A stretch of DNA of 64,000 nt from an uncultured virus (IMG/VR IMGVR_UViG_3300021090_000018) (taxonomy: Duplodnaviria > Heunggongvirae > Uroviricota > Caudoviricetes). A program made the position numbers and the translations under genes. The notes beneath the pieces are model-generated. The model had not been told where the DNA came from. It ran no database searches and saw only the letters and a program-made list of their open reading frames with translations. Below are positions 1-9,776 of this stretch, piece after piece; the first letter of the stretch is position 1; every line of letters begins with the position of its first letter. The stretch lies in IMG/VR virus record IMGVR_UViG_3300021090_000018; one strand, written 5' to 3'.

Positions 1-3000
1 CGTTCTGATAGAAGCCCTATCTCCTTGTTCTGCCCCGGTCCAGGCGGATTCGAATGTCTCGCGTGTCTTGGCGGGGAGGGCCGCGTAGGCGGGGGATTGT
101 GGGGCCTGGGGCTTAGGTGTCTCTGAGGGAATGGAGATAGGCGATCTGCGTTCCTTGACATCGGCTTTTGGTTCTGGTCGAGCAATGCCAGCCGGCTTCT
201 GATGGTTGCCCGCCTGAAGCCACAACTTAAATTCTGGCATGGTGAAGGACTTGATGGAGCGGAAGCCCTTCCAGTCATCGGGATAATTTGCCATGTACAG
301 GGCCTTCGCTTCTTCGGCTGATGCGGCCCCAATGACCGTCTTGCTCTCATCGAACGTACCCGTATCCACGCGGTTCTGGTCGATCACGAAGGCTGGACCA
401 GCATAATCATTTGGTGTGCCAGGCTTGACGTAGACATCGACATGATCGCCATCCTTGCCTTTCGGGACGCCACGGATATACCCATAATGACTCCTTGCGA
501 TCCGTTCCCATGGCTTGCCGTTCGCATCTGTTCCTCTGCGCGTAGACCCTTCTGGGTTTTCGATGCTGATGTCCAGTCCAGCGATACGGGTATGACCCAG
601 TTGGAAGTTCCCTGCCTCGCGCATGGCCTCGGTCGGTTCCGGCAATTCGTTCTTCGGGGAGGTGGCCGCTTCGTGTGCCGCCTGTTCGACTGCCGCATGA
701 CCCGTGGCCGTCTCGATCAGATCCTTCCACTCCGCATCGGTCTTGGGGGCAAACTCAGAGCGGTTGAATTCCTGGTCCTGCAGCAGGAGTTCTTTAATCC
801 GCTGCACATCGGTCCCGACATCGCGGCCCTTGTCGGCGATGATCTTCGCCACGGCCTTATCCACACGCTCGCGTGAGAGCTTGCTGGGGCCTGTGGTGGC
901 CTCTTTGTACCAAGCCGCTGTAGCGGATTTGAGGCCGGTGACATCCTGATCGGAGCCCTTCCCTTGGGTCTCGTTGAAGTAGCGCCCCCCCCGTTCACTG
1001 CCGGCAATCTCCAGATCAGCCTGTGCTTTTTCCGCCCTGGCGAGGAGTTCAGCATTCTGTTCTGGAATGAGCGTTCCACGTGGAACTTGTGCGGCGTCGA
1101 AGGTGGAAAGGCGTTCGGTCTGTTGGTCGAGCGGGAGCGCCGGTGTGCCTTCAGCTGTCAGCACTGTGGGGGTCTTTGGCAATGACGTCTGGACGTCTTT
1201 GGACTTGATTTTCACCAATTTATTCGCGAGTTGCTGGAGTTCGAATGGCGTCAGATCATCCAGGTGGGCTTTGCCCGTAGACAGTTTCGTGTACTCTTTG
1301 AACGTGGACCCTTCCGTGTCGAATCCCTTTTCTGTCGCCAGCGCATGCAGATCCTGCACCGATGGATAGGCCTTTGAGAGGGCCGTTCGTAGTGGCGCTT
1401 GTGTCTCAACAGTGACAGGAGTTTCAACAGGTTGTGAGGCCTGCGGCTCAATTGGTTTCGGACTCGTTTTCTTCATCGCCAAGAGTTTCGCCCGCTCGGC
1501 CGCAATCGCTTCCCGCGGATCAGGCGTCGGTTCAGCCCGTGGGGTAAAGGCTTGACCTGGCGTCACCAATGGGGGAGTCAAGGCCTCGGCTTGCCAGGCT
1601 TGGGTTGGTGTGCCGAGCGGGGCAAAGGGGCCAGTCGGTTCGGCCTCTGGCAGGATGGGCACGTCCAGGCTTGGGCGCTTCGTCGGCGGTTTCGCCAAGG
1701 CGGTTGTATCCGCGTCCAGGATCTTCCCTGCGGTGGCAATCGCGTCATCCACGGTCGGTGCCGAGAGAATGTCCTTGATGGAGGCCTGCTCCGTTTGTTG
1801 TCGATAGAGGGATTCCGCTCGAGTCTGTGCGGTCTCCGCTTCGGTCTCCAGATCGGCCTGGACACGGCCCTCCTGGATCGCACGGGCCATCGACGGATCG
1901 GCGAGTGGATCTTGGCCGCGTGCGTATTGATCGACGAGCGCCTGTGCCATCTCGGGTGCGCTTTTAGGGGGAGGTAATGGCTTCGAAACCACAGCGGGTC
2001 CGACAAGGGCCGCACCAGCCCCACCCAACACTCCTCCCGCAAGCAGGCCTTGAACGGCCTGCTCGCCCAGGCCTTCCTGCCAGGGTTTTCCCGTTGCGAG
2101 ATTCTGCCAGAGTTGTTCTTGCGCGGATTGTGGCAATTCCTGCAGGATCCCTTCCGCCAGAATACCCTTCGCAATGCGCTCCGGTACGGAACCGGCAAAC
2201 CCGACAGTTCCACCTAACGATTTCGCCGCCATTGAGGCTTCAATATCACCAAGACCTGGAATCTTGGCGACCCCACGAGTAATCAGGGCGGTCGTCGTTC
2301 CGGCTATGACAGCCGCCAGTCGATGGACAAAATCAGCGCGTGGATTCTCGGCGCTGATTTGCGACGAGACCTGTCCGGCGGACATAAGGCCTTCCCCGAC
2401 CGAGGCATATTTAATCGCGACTTTACCCAGTAATGCGCTGGCCTCTTCCGCCGTCTTCGTGCCCGCAAGCACTTCGGCGTTGAGGGCGATAGAGAAGGGT
2501 TTGAGTGCGAGCGCGGTGCCTTTGGCAATGACGCCCATCTGTGCCAGATTTTCGGCAATCAGTGGCACGGCGGCAGCGGGATGATGGAATAGACCTTTGA
2601 CGGTACCGGTTACGCCAGCGAGTATTTCTCCGCCAGGACCAGCCCCTTCAGTCTTCGCCTGCTCGATGGATTGGCGTGTCTCTTCGGCAGCACCTGCCAC
2701 GGCCGCTTTCGTTTCTGGTGAATAGAGATTGGCCAGTTCAGCGGACCATTGTGACGGACGAGCCCACGTTGGCAGTCCGAGCTGATCGGCCTGCTGGCCC
2801 ATGGCATCAAGAATCGCCGTCGTGGCTCGACCCGCTCCGCCTGACGTCGGAATATCTGCCAATCCGGTAATGATCTTCGGGAGATCGACCACGCCCTTGA
2901 CGATGCCAATAGGAATATCAGCGGCACGACGGAGTATCCCAGATGGTGGAGGTTCGGTCTCTTTGGCCCCCTTCGAACCGTACTCCTCCTGCCAGTAGGC

Positions 3001-3225
3001 GCGAAGTTCATGCTCGGGGACATCTGGGTTTCGATCTCGTGCGGCGCTCAGGAAGGTCGGCAAGCTGGGGAGCTTCGAGGGCGTGCTGACAGGCTCAGGC
3101 GTTGAGACAGGCTGTCCGTAATTCTCTTGGTAATAGTCCGTGAGGTCGTCGTCGGACAGTCCAGGATTGCGTGGACGTGCAGCAGAGAGAAATTCGTCAA
3201 GCGAGGGTCGGGACAATGTAGCCAT
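1..3225 (-). CDS. N-terminal part (>=1075 aa, runs off window edge) of giant polyvalent/ejection protein with inorganic pyrophosphatase (InPase) domain
   Basis: Not in the ORF track (no stop in window). Manual translation from ATG 3225: MATLSRPSLDEFLSAARPRNPG. At ~190-620 it reads SIENPEGSTRRG...HYGYIRG..GKDGDHVDVYV...FVIDQ...FDESK...YMANYPDDWKGF, the InPase motif set of phage polyvalent proteins. Confidence 0.8.
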   Translation of the reverse strand, partial: MATLSRPSLDEFLSAARPRNPGLSDDDLTDYYQENYGQPVSTPEPVSTPSKLPSLPTFLSAARDRNPDVPEHELRAYWQEEYGSKGAKETEPPPSGILRRAADIPIGIVKGVVDLPKIITGLADIPTSGGAGRATTAILDAMGQQADQLGLPTWARPSQWSAELANLYSPETKAAVAGAAEETRQSIEQAKTEGAGPGGEILAGVTGTVKGLFHHPAAAVPLIAENLAQMGVIAKGTALALKPFSIALNAEVLAGTKTAEEASALLGKVAIKYASVGEGLMSAGQVSSQISAENPRADFVHRLAAVIAGTTTALITRGVAKIPGLGDIEASMAAKSLGGTVGFAGSVPERIAKGILAEGILQELPQSAQEQLWQNLATGKPWQEGLGEQAVQGLLAGGVLGGAGAALVGPAVVSKPLPPPKSAPEMAQALVDQYARGQDPLADPSMARAIQEGRVQADLETEAETAQTRAESLYRQQTEQASIKDILSAPTVDDAIATAGKILDADTTALAKPPTKRPSLDVPILPEAEPTGPFAPLGTPTQAWQAEALTPPLVTPGQAFTPRAEPTPDPREAIAAERAKLLAMKKTSPKPIEPQASQPVETPVTVETQAPLRTALSKAYPSVQDLHALATEKGFDTEGSTFKEYTKLSTGKAHLDDLTPFELQQLANKLVKIKSKDVQTSLPKTPTVLTAEGTPALPLDQQTERLSTFDAAQVPRGTLIPEQNAELLARAEKAQADLEIAGSERGGRYFNETQGKGSDQDVTGLKSATAAWYKEATTGPSKLSRERVDKAVAKIIADKGRDVGTDVQRIKELLLQDQEFNRSEFAPKTDAEWKDLIETATGHAAVEQAAHEAATSPKNELPEPTEAMREAGNFQLGHTRIAGLDISIENPEGSTRRGTDANGKPWERIARSHYGYIRGVPKGKDGDHVDVYVKPGTPNDYAGPAFVIDQNRVDTGTFDESKTVIGAASAEEAKALYMANYPDDWKGFRSIKSFTMPEFKLWLQAGNHQKPAGIARPEPKADVKERRSPISIPSETPKPQAPQSPAYAALPAKTRETFESAWTGAEQGDRASIRT

Positions 3226-3248
3226 AGGTCGAGACCAGCCCTATCAGC

Positions 3249-4238
3249 TTAGGGTCGGGCGTGGGCCCGTTCGTAATTCGAGAGACCTGTCGCACGATTG
3301 ATCGTGCCGGTTGGTTTCTTCGGTTCCTTCTCCAATTGCTGCCTGCTAATGTCCTCAGCCTCTTGTTCATCGGTCGTCGGGGCATCCTTGAACGGATCAT
3401 CGACCGTGCGTTTTGCTTTGACCTTGGGCTTGGTTCCGGTCAATTCACGGAGCCGAAGATCATAGGCCTCTTGAGCCGCCTCGGCATTATTCAAACGCCG
3501 TTGGAGTGCATCGTATTCGGGCGTCCCTGGGATCTGATCCTTCAGCATCCCCTGCAGGCGCGTGACCTCCACGCTCATCTCCCTGAGTCCAACTTGGATA
3601 CTTTGCTGATCGATCTTTTCCGCCTCACCAGGCTTGTCCGTATACCCGGCCCAGGCCTGTTTCGCTTTCGCCAACTTCTCAGGGTCGGCGTTCGGATCGG
3701 CCAGTAACGCGAGGTAGGCGTCGCGAACCTTGGCCGATCCCTTCCCTTGCTCCAGATCAAACATCGTCTTCTCCGCGAGCGCCCGTGAATGACTCGACTC
3801 TTTGGCATTCGACAAAATCATCTGCGCCTTGAGCCACGCCTTATTCTCGGCCAGCATCGTGGCTTTGGTGACTTCGTTCGTGATGTCCTCAACGGCCAGA
3901 TCCTTGCGCAGCCCTTTCCCCGCATCAGATTCTTGCCGATCGACCAGCGCCTTTTTCTCCACCAATCCCGCTCGCGTCTCCAGGTCCTCCGAGGCTTCCG
4001 CCGCCTTCCGACCACGACCGAGCTTGTAGAGTTCCTGTTCACGCTGCGCCGTGTATTTGCGTTCGTCCTCCACGTTGAACCGGGAGCGGGTATAGGCCGT
4101 ATCGGCTTGTTCCCGAGCGAAGTCCTGTGAACCGAGTTGGAGTGCCTGAGACGACAGCATAGCCTGACGCTGGTCCAACCCTTTCTGTGCCCCCTCATTC
4201 GCACCCTTCAATCCCGCGGCGAAGGTGAGCAACCCCAC
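3249..4238 (-). CDS. Putative ejection (internal virion) protein, coiled-coil
   Basis: GTG start after GGAGG; Gly/Ala-rich N-terminus then charged helical region; directly upstream of the giant gene. Confidence 0.6.
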   Translation of the reverse strand: MGLLTFAAGLKGANEGAQKGLDQRQAMLSSQALQLGSQDFAREQADTAYTRSRFNVEDERKYTAQREQELYKLGRGRKAAEASEDLETRAGLVEKKALVDRQESDAGKGLRKDLAVEDITNEVTKATMLAENKAWLKAQMILSNAKESSHSRALAEKTMFDLEQGKGSAKVRDAYLALLADPNADPEKLAKAKQAWAGYTDKPGEAEKIDQQSIQVGLREMSVEVTRLQGMLKDQIPGTPEYDALQRRLNNAEAAQEAYDLRLRELTGTKPKVKAKRTVDDPFKDAPTTDEQEAEDISRQQLEKEPKKPTGTINRATGLSNYERAHARP

Positions 4239-4239
4239 G

Positions 4240-4830
4240 TTAGACCTCCTCTTCCATCGCAGCCGATGCTGGTGCTTCTGAGGAAGCCGCCGTTGTCGGC
4301 TGCCCCTTTTGGAGTTCACGTTGCAACGTGGCCTTATCAATGCCCCAGAACGCAAACATCCCGTTCGAGACGGCCAGGGTGGTCTGATCCACGATGGCTT
4401 TGTCGATCGGAATATTGAGTTGGCCATCCACGTACTTGAGCGCATACGTCATGAGCGTGATCGAGGCGGGCATGGACGCCTGGCCTGAGAGCTGGCCACG
4501 ACTCTCCTTGAGCAGGACCGCGATGAGTTTCACGATGCCATGTCCCACGATTTTGGGTACGTCCTGCGGACCCTGGATCTTCCCCAGATACTCCTCCATC
4601 ATCGGATGGGTCTTCTCGGAGAACATCATCTGACGGCCAGCCACCACGATCGCCAGGTAGTCCTTTTTTAAGTCCGGTGGCAGTTTCGTTTCGATAGTCT
4701 TCTCAATCTGATCGAGCATCCCACTGGCGTCCCCCGTCGAATCAGTCGGTGTCTTCCCAGTCGGAGGTGCTGGCGGAACAGTCGGTGGCTCAGCTGGCGC
4801 GTCCTTCTCGTAATCGATCATGCCACCCAT
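4240..4830 (-). CDS. Hypothetical protein in ejection cluster
   Basis: 196 aa ORF coupled to neighbours, GGAGG RBS. Confidence 0.7.
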   Translation of the reverse strand: MGGMIDYEKDAPAEPPTVPPAPPTGKTPTDSTGDASGMLDQIEKTIETKLPPDLKKDYLAIVVAGRQMMFSEKTHPMMEEYLGKIQGPQDVPKIVGHGIVKLIAVLLKESRGQLSGQASMPASITLMTYALKYVDGQLNIPIDKAIVDQTTLAVSNGMFAFWGIDKATLQRELQKGQPTTAASSEAPASAAMEEEV

Positions 4831-5729
4831 TAGCGACCTCCTGCGTTAATCATGCCCGTTCCCGTCTTGGCAAACTTGAGGCTCGGAACGTAACTGTTGT
4901 TTTTATTGATCAGTTCCCGCTGGTTCTGGTTCTGTGAGTTGATCAACCGTTCCAGCGCAATCTTATCTTCCGCCGTCAGGCCTTCCATGATGCCGCCACC
5001 GAATCCCGCCAACGCTTGCACGCCAGTCGTCATCAGTTGTTGCTTCTGAATATCTGTCATCTTATCCAAGAGTGCTTGCGCTCGCTGATCCGACGTCGTC
5101 CCGGTCTGAGAAGGCGATTGCAGGGCAGTGAGAGAGGAGCCTGCCGTCTGCACGAGCGGAGCCAGAGGCGCAGACGGAGCCGCAGGTGCCGTGACCCCAG
5201 CCAATGGTGCGGCCTGATCGACCGTCGAGGCCAGCGATGGTGCCGGGGCATTCGCCATTTGACCTGGTGCCGTCACAGGAGGCATGGAGTTGATCAGCCC
5301 TGGGGTCCCAGCCGCAGGCGCCAACACCGACCCCGCACCAACTTGTGCCGCCTTTGCCGTGGCCGGAGCCAGAACAGATCCAGCCCCCACCGTCCCGGCT
5401 TGTTCAATACCGCCGGTGATGCTCGCCGCGAGTTCAGGATTCGCAAACTGATTGGCGACACTCGGGGCACTCGACGCCGCATTCATGGCACCGAGTCCCG
5501 CCACCGCCAATCCTCCGACCGCCCCCACCGCCCCCATAATCATCCCGGCCTTCAGCAGATCCTTATTGCCTGTGGCCATACCTACGGCGGTCACGGCCAG
5601 CCCCATCGTCCCGACCATCGTCGCCGCGGCGCCCGCCACCGCGAGCGCTCCACCAGCCGCGGCCACGCCAGCGGTCACCGCCGTGGACAGTATGGCTGCT
5701 GCTGACACAATCGAGGTGACGATCGGCAT
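4830..5729 (-). CDS. Putative ejection/DNA pilot protein
   Basis: ATG 5729 after AGGAGG; hydrophobic Gly/Ala-rich N-terminus and Gln-rich C-terminus typical of podoviral ejection proteins. Confidence 0.6.
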   Translation of the reverse strand: MPIVTSIVSAAAILSTAVTAGVAAAGGALAVAGAAATMVGTMGLAVTAVGMATGNKDLLKAGMIMGAVGAVGGLAVAGLGAMNAASSAPSVANQFANPELAASITGGIEQAGTVGAGSVLAPATAKAAQVGAGSVLAPAAGTPGLINSMPPVTAPGQMANAPAPSLASTVDQAAPLAGVTAPAAPSAPLAPLVQTAGSSLTALQSPSQTGTTSDQRAQALLDKMTDIQKQQLMTTGVQALAGFGGGIMEGLTAEDKIALERLINSQNQNQRELINKNNSYVPSLKFAKTGTGMINAGGR

Positions 5730-5743
5730 AGCGCCCTCCTTCG

Positions 5744-6265
5744 TTACAGCACAGTATCGGTTGCGATCAACAAATCCATCGGCCCCTTGCGGCTCGGTCG
5801 CACATAGGCCACTTCCAATGGACGATAGCCCAGCTTGCGGTAGAGACGATCGAGCGATTCGTCGTGTCCGCCGAGCATGTGCACAAGACGGGTTTCCTCC
5901 GCATAGGTATCTCCCCACTCGATAAAGCGCTTCAGCAGGCGCACTGCCGCCATCCCACCTCTGGCCTCTGGCCTCACATACCAGAACATTTCGGTGGCCA
6001 CCAGTCGTCCATCGTGAAAATCCGGCGAGACGATGGCCCCTAACCCGCCGATGAGATCGTCGCCTCGCCAGGCTGAGAAAATCGTCGAGCGACAGGTCGT
6101 GAAGAAGGTCGTCCAATTCGCCACGAACACCGCCGGGATCACCGTGCCTGGCAAGTCAAACTCCCGATGAAACCCTTCGGCGCCAGCCACACACAACGGG
6201 AGTTCGTCGACCGTGAGCGGGCGAATCGTGATCGGCATGTACGCAATGGGGGTGAGGGTGCGCAT
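5744..6265 (-). CDS. GNAT-family acetyltransferase-like protein
   Basis: ATEMFWYVRPEARGGMAAVRLL...LYRKLGY GNAT motifs; such genes are common in podoviral ejection clusters. Confidence 0.75.
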   Translation of the reverse strand: MRTLTPIAYMPITIRPLTVDELPLCVAGAEGFHREFDLPGTVIPAVFVANWTTFFTTCRSTIFSAWRGDDLIGGLGAIVSPDFHDGRLVATEMFWYVRPEARGGMAAVRLLKRFIEWGDTYAEETRLVHMLGGHDESLDRLYRKLGYRPLEVAYVRPSRKGPMDLLIATDTVL

Positions 6266-7383
6266 CACGCTTGCCACACCCATCCTGCTCTCGTATTCAC
6301 GTATCCAGGGCCAGATGAGGTTTTGACCAAAGAGGACGGAGGCATCCCTGTGCCCGTCCAACGCGAGCCAACCGCCGGTTGGTTCGACTGAGGAGGCTGG
6401 ACCATTTCTGGTTGCACCAGCGGTGCCCCACTGCCAGCCGGTGCGGGTGTCCCCGGTGTCGTCGGTGTCGTCGGTGTCGTCGGTGTCCCAGGCTCCGTCC
6501 CATTCACGAAATACTGACCGAGGTCCAAGCCCTGGATCGCTGCCGCTTCCGTCCGGGCAATCTCCGAGGTCACCCCGAGGCCTTCGCGGAGGAGATTCAA
6601 AGCCGTGGCGACGGCGGCATCCTTCGCGGCTTGCGTCATGTTCGGGTTCGTCGAGATGTTCGTAATGTCCGTCACGGTTTGCTGGAACATATTCGCCGCG
6701 TTCTGATTGCCTTGGAGCAGTTGACGATTCTGCGCGTCCATCGTGGCCAAGGCGGTCTTCGTCGTGGCATCGAGGTTGGCAATCTGTGTACGGGTCGCCG
6801 CATCCAATCGGGCAATCATCTGTTCGTTCGCGGCTTGTGAGGCCCGAGCCCCCGCTTCGTTGATCATCCCGGCGTTCGCCTTCGAGACATCCGTGCCGAG
6901 TTGCGCGTTGGCGAGCGAGGCCTGATTTTCCCCTGCCGCCCCAAAGTTCTTCGCCGCGTTCTGCGCATCGACCGTTTTGGTGTTCGCGGTAAAGTTTGTC
7001 TGGGCATCCTGTTGCGCAATCGGCAGCGCCGCATCGATCACCGCCGCCTGTCCCGCTTGGAGGGCCATCGTGGAGTTGATTAACCCGCTCCCGGCCATCT
7101 GTTGTCGAGATCGAACGTCTGCCCGCTGTAAGAGCTTCGAATCCTTCGCCAGCACCTGATCGAGTTGGCCTTGTACCGTGTCCTGATCGAGCACCGCGAC
7201 ACCGGATGGCTCATAGCTTTTCGATGCGGCCGCAGATGGAGTCGCCTGTGCCGGCGTATAGCCTGCGACAGGGGATACAAGTGGTGCTACCGTGCTGCCT
7301 GATGGGTCCAGGTTGATGAGCCCTGAGCCTGGAGGGGTATAATTTGGCTCCCCTGGCAACAGCTTACCGTTCGCGTCTGGCAT
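6265..7383 (-). CDS. Putative ejection/internal virion protein
   Basis: Ala/Gln/Asn-rich, GLINSTMA and ALPIAQQDA motifs; PTT repeats near C-terminus. Confidence 0.6.
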   Translation of the reverse strand: MPDANGKLLPGEPNYTPPGSGLINLDPSGSTVAPLVSPVAGYTPAQATPSAAASKSYEPSGVAVLDQDTVQGQLDQVLAKDSKLLQRADVRSRQQMAGSGLINSTMALQAGQAAVIDAALPIAQQDAQTNFTANTKTVDAQNAAKNFGAAGENQASLANAQLGTDVSKANAGMINEAGARASQAANEQMIARLDAATRTQIANLDATTKTALATMDAQNRQLLQGNQNAANMFQQTVTDITNISTNPNMTQAAKDAAVATALNLLREGLGVTSEIARTEAAAIQGLDLGQYFVNGTEPGTPTTPTTPTTPGTPAPAGSGAPLVQPEMVQPPQSNQPAVGSRWTGTGMPPSSLVKTSSGPGYVNTRAGWVWQA

Positions 7384-7398
7384 CGTATCCTCGTTTCG

Positions 7399-7830
7399 TT
7401 AGGACACCGGAACCGGCGCGGGCTCACCTTCGACCGGAGGCGCCACCCCATCGACACTGGGCACGGGATTGGACATCGCTGGATCACCCGTCTCAGCGGG
7501 GACAGGTGGGAGAGGTGGCGCAAGAGGCTCCGTCTCCACCTTGACCGCCGAGCCCACCGTCTCATTGACCACCCTGGAGGCAGGGAAGGACAGACCAGTG
7601 CGACTCAGCAAGTTCCAGTTCACACAGCGGAGAATGGCTTTCTCGACCTCCCCCTGTGCCGCGTCCTTCGGCATGTCGAGACTCAGGCTTGTCGCGTCAA
7701 ACCCGTTCAAGGGCCGATCCAAGGAGAGATCGAAACAGGTCCGTGCAAATGCTGGTGACTTCCCCTCGACCACGGCCACGACTCGATAGGAGGCCTTCGG
7801 ATAATCCAGCGGGTTAATTACGTCCATCAC
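7399..7830 (-). CDS. Hypothetical protein
   Basis: AGGAG RBS, colinear with late operon. Confidence 0.6.
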   Translation of the reverse strand: MMDVINPLDYPKASYRVVAVVEGKSPAFARTCFDLSLDRPLNGFDATSLSLDMPKDAAQGEVEKAILRCVNWNLLSRTGLSFPASRVVNETVGSAVKVETEPLAPPLPPVPAETGDPAMSNPVPSVDGVAPPVEGEPAPVPVS

Positions 7831-7859
7831 GCACTCCTTGTACGTCAGAAGTTGACCGA

Positions 7860-8081
7860 CTACTCCTTGTAAGCCGCTTTCAATCGTGCCACGATCCCGC
7901 GCAGGCAGGCACGATTCACCCGGTACGACGCGGTATCATCCTTGCCGGTCTCATCGTAGGCCGGTTGCACCGCACAGATAAACGGTTGCTCGTCGGCGTC
8001 ATGGTTTGGGAGGAGGCTGCAACTTGTCAACAGCATCCATCCCAGCAGACAACTCATCCACTTCAGTCCGTGCCAGCGCAT
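7860..8081 (-). CDS. o-spanin-like lipoprotein (Rz1-like)
   Basis: Lipobox LLTSC, two further Cys, overlaps upstream i-spanin-like gene in a different frame. Confidence 0.65.
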   Translation of the reverse strand: MRWHGLKWMSCLLGWMLLTSCSLLPNHDADEQPFICAVQPAYDETGKDDTASYRVNRACLRGIVARLKAAYKE

Positions 8082-8172
8082 CGCGTTTGACCTTTCTATT
8101 CTGCAGCACCTTGATAATCACCGGAATCAAGGCGAGGAGCGCCCCGATCAGGGTGAGAATGCCGATCGTCAT
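7999..8172 (-). CDS. i-spanin-like protein (Rz-like), 57 aa
   Basis: Manual translation MTIGILTLIGALLALIPVIIKVLQNRK...; N-terminal TM helix; TAATG coupling. Confidence 0.6.
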   Translation of the reverse strand: MTIGILTLIGALLALIPVIIKVLQNRKVKRDALARTEVDELSAGMDAVDKLQPPPKP

Positions 8173-8780
8173 TAGTGATGGCCCTTTGGCGCCGCGCTAC
8201 TCAACGATTGACTCTGGACTGCCGTAGCGCTCGTCCCATTCGCGGGCATCGTGGCGCCGAGGATTCCAAGCCCCATCGCTTGAAGGGCTCCCGCTGCAAT
8301 CTGCCCCCCTTGTCCTTGGCTCTGAATACTGTGCAGGTCTGAGACTTGGTGACAGTCAGAGAACTGCATGCCGTAATACTTGGGATCGGTTCGTCCCTCG
8401 CAGTTCTCCAGGAATGCAAACCCCGCGTTCGTGCCAAAGGGGCTCCGCTCCTCAGAGACTCGGGTGACGCCATACCGTCCACCACCGTAGTCGATGTAGC
8501 TCGCGCAGGCCGTGAGACTCAGCACCATACCGAGCAGCACCAGAAGTGCCAATTTCGGAATCACGTCATGCGCTGGGGCATTCGTCCCACTGTTCGACAC
8601 CTTGGCGTCCTTGGCGAGCAGGTTGCCGATCCCACCCAGCACCAATCCCCCGAAGAGAAAGTACTCGGGGATCGTATTCGGCATCCCCTGTTGCGCAATA
8701 ATATCCGCGGTCATCCCCGCCACGCCTGAGGCAATGGCGATCCAGCCCACAATCCCTGTTCTCCATGATGCTCCTAACAT
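8172..8780 (-). CDS. Holin-like membrane protein fused to an internal lipoprotein-type segment
   Basis: ATG 8780 after GGAGG; two TM segments ending LLAKDA, then KLALLVLLGMVLSLTAC lipobox. Confidence 0.55.
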   Translation of the reverse strand: MLGASWRTGIVGWIAIASGVAGMTADIIAQQGMPNTIPEYFLFGGLVLGGIGNLLAKDAKVSNSGTNAPAHDVIPKLALLVLLGMVLSLTACASYIDYGGGRYGVTRVSEERSPFGTNAGFAFLENCEGRTDPKYYGMQFSDCHQVSDLHSIQSQGQGGQIAAGALQAMGLGILGATMPANGTSATAVQSQSLSSAAPKGHH

Positions 8781-8794
8781 AGTCGCCTCCTTGA

Positions 8795-9061
8795 TTACGG
8801 TCTCAACTTCTCGATCACATCCCACTGTTGTTTTTGCTCTGTGGCAATCTCGGAGAACTGCCGCGTATCGGAGTTGTCGTGCAGATCCTGCCATTGCCGA
8901 ACGGTCTTCATATCCCCGCAAATCCCCGTCAGTTGAGTGGACATCGTGCTGACCTGCGCCACGACCGAATCTTGCCCATCCACCATGCGACGAATAGCCC
9001 ACCCAATGATCGAAGCGACGAGGACCGCGAGCGCGATGGCGATCCCTTCGGGAATGGTCAT
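8795..9061 (-). CDS. Single-TM coiled-coil membrane protein (holin/antiholin candidate)
   Basis: MTIPEGIAIALAVLVASIIGWAIRR + coiled coil, inside lysis cassette. Confidence 0.55.
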   Translation of the reverse strand: MTIPEGIAIALAVLVASIIGWAIRRMVDGQDSVVAQVSTMSTQLTGICGDMKTVRQWQDLHDNSDTRQFSEIATEQKQQWDVIEKLRP

Positions 9062-9201
9062 CGAGCCACCAACTTGCACCGATGGGCATAGCCCTGATCG
9101 TGGCCATAGGTGGCTCCACACGCCCTGCAACGATAGACCTTCTTGGGTAAGGCGCGTCCACAGGCCTCCATCTGCTGCCGCGTCACCATAACCAGTTTCA
9201 T
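9058..9201 (-). CDS. Small zinc-finger-like protein, 47 aa
   Basis: Manual translation ...YRCRACGATYGHDQGYAHRC...; ATGA overlaps at both ends. Confidence 0.45.
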   Translation of the reverse strand: MKLVMVTRQQMEACGRALPKKVYRCRACGATYGHDQGYAHRCKLVAR

Positions 9202-9638
9202 GATACCGACTCACTCATTGGTGCATCGATAATTTCTAATTCAAACGCCGCCCGTCCAGCCAGCAAATCCATCAGTTCCCCAAACCCTCTCTCGCTCGAT
9301 GCGAGGAACGGATGATCGAACGTCCCGCTGAACTCTTCCGCCACGAGGATACAGCCCTCGGTATCCTCGACCATATTCCCTTTATGAAACAGAATATGTG
9401 AGCGGCCCTGGACGCCGGTGACTTCAAACGTGTCGCCAAACTTCGGCGAATGCACCCGCCGACAGGTATAGCGTCCCGCAGGAATACACGAGATCGATGG
9501 CGCGTTGTCCTGCCAGGGCCGCTCCAGCGTCAAGGCAAAGGGGATCTGCCCCTGCCGGAGCACCCCGAACGTCCCACGGTTCGACTGCCCCACCCGTAGG
9601 AGGGTCACGAGGAGGAGTGGTGTGCGGATGTCGGTCAT
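9198..9638 (-). CDS. DUF5675-like putative endolysin
   Basis: TLERPW...SCIPAGRY...RSHILFHKGN..DTEGCILV motifs; first gene of lysis cassette. Confidence 0.75.
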   Translation of the reverse strand: MTDIRTPLLLVTLLRVGQSNRGTFGVLRQGQIPFALTLERPWQDNAPSISCIPAGRYTCRRVHSPKFGDTFEVTGVQGRSHILFHKGNMVEDTEGCILVAEEFSGTFDHPFLASSERGFGELMDLLAGRAAFELEIIDAPMSESVS

Positions 9639-9776
9639 GATGTCCCTCCTAGAATCCCGCTAGTCTGCGACAGAGCCCCTTGGCCTGGGATCGCCACTTC
9701 CGCTGCTTCTTCGTCAATACCGTGCCTTTATCCACGAACGGGAGCGCTCCTGACAGCCATCTTGCGCAGGAGGCCG

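Noticed and set aside
6454..6490. 9-bp tandem repeat (CGGTGTCGT)
   Set aside because: Simply encodes a PTT linker in an ejection-like protein
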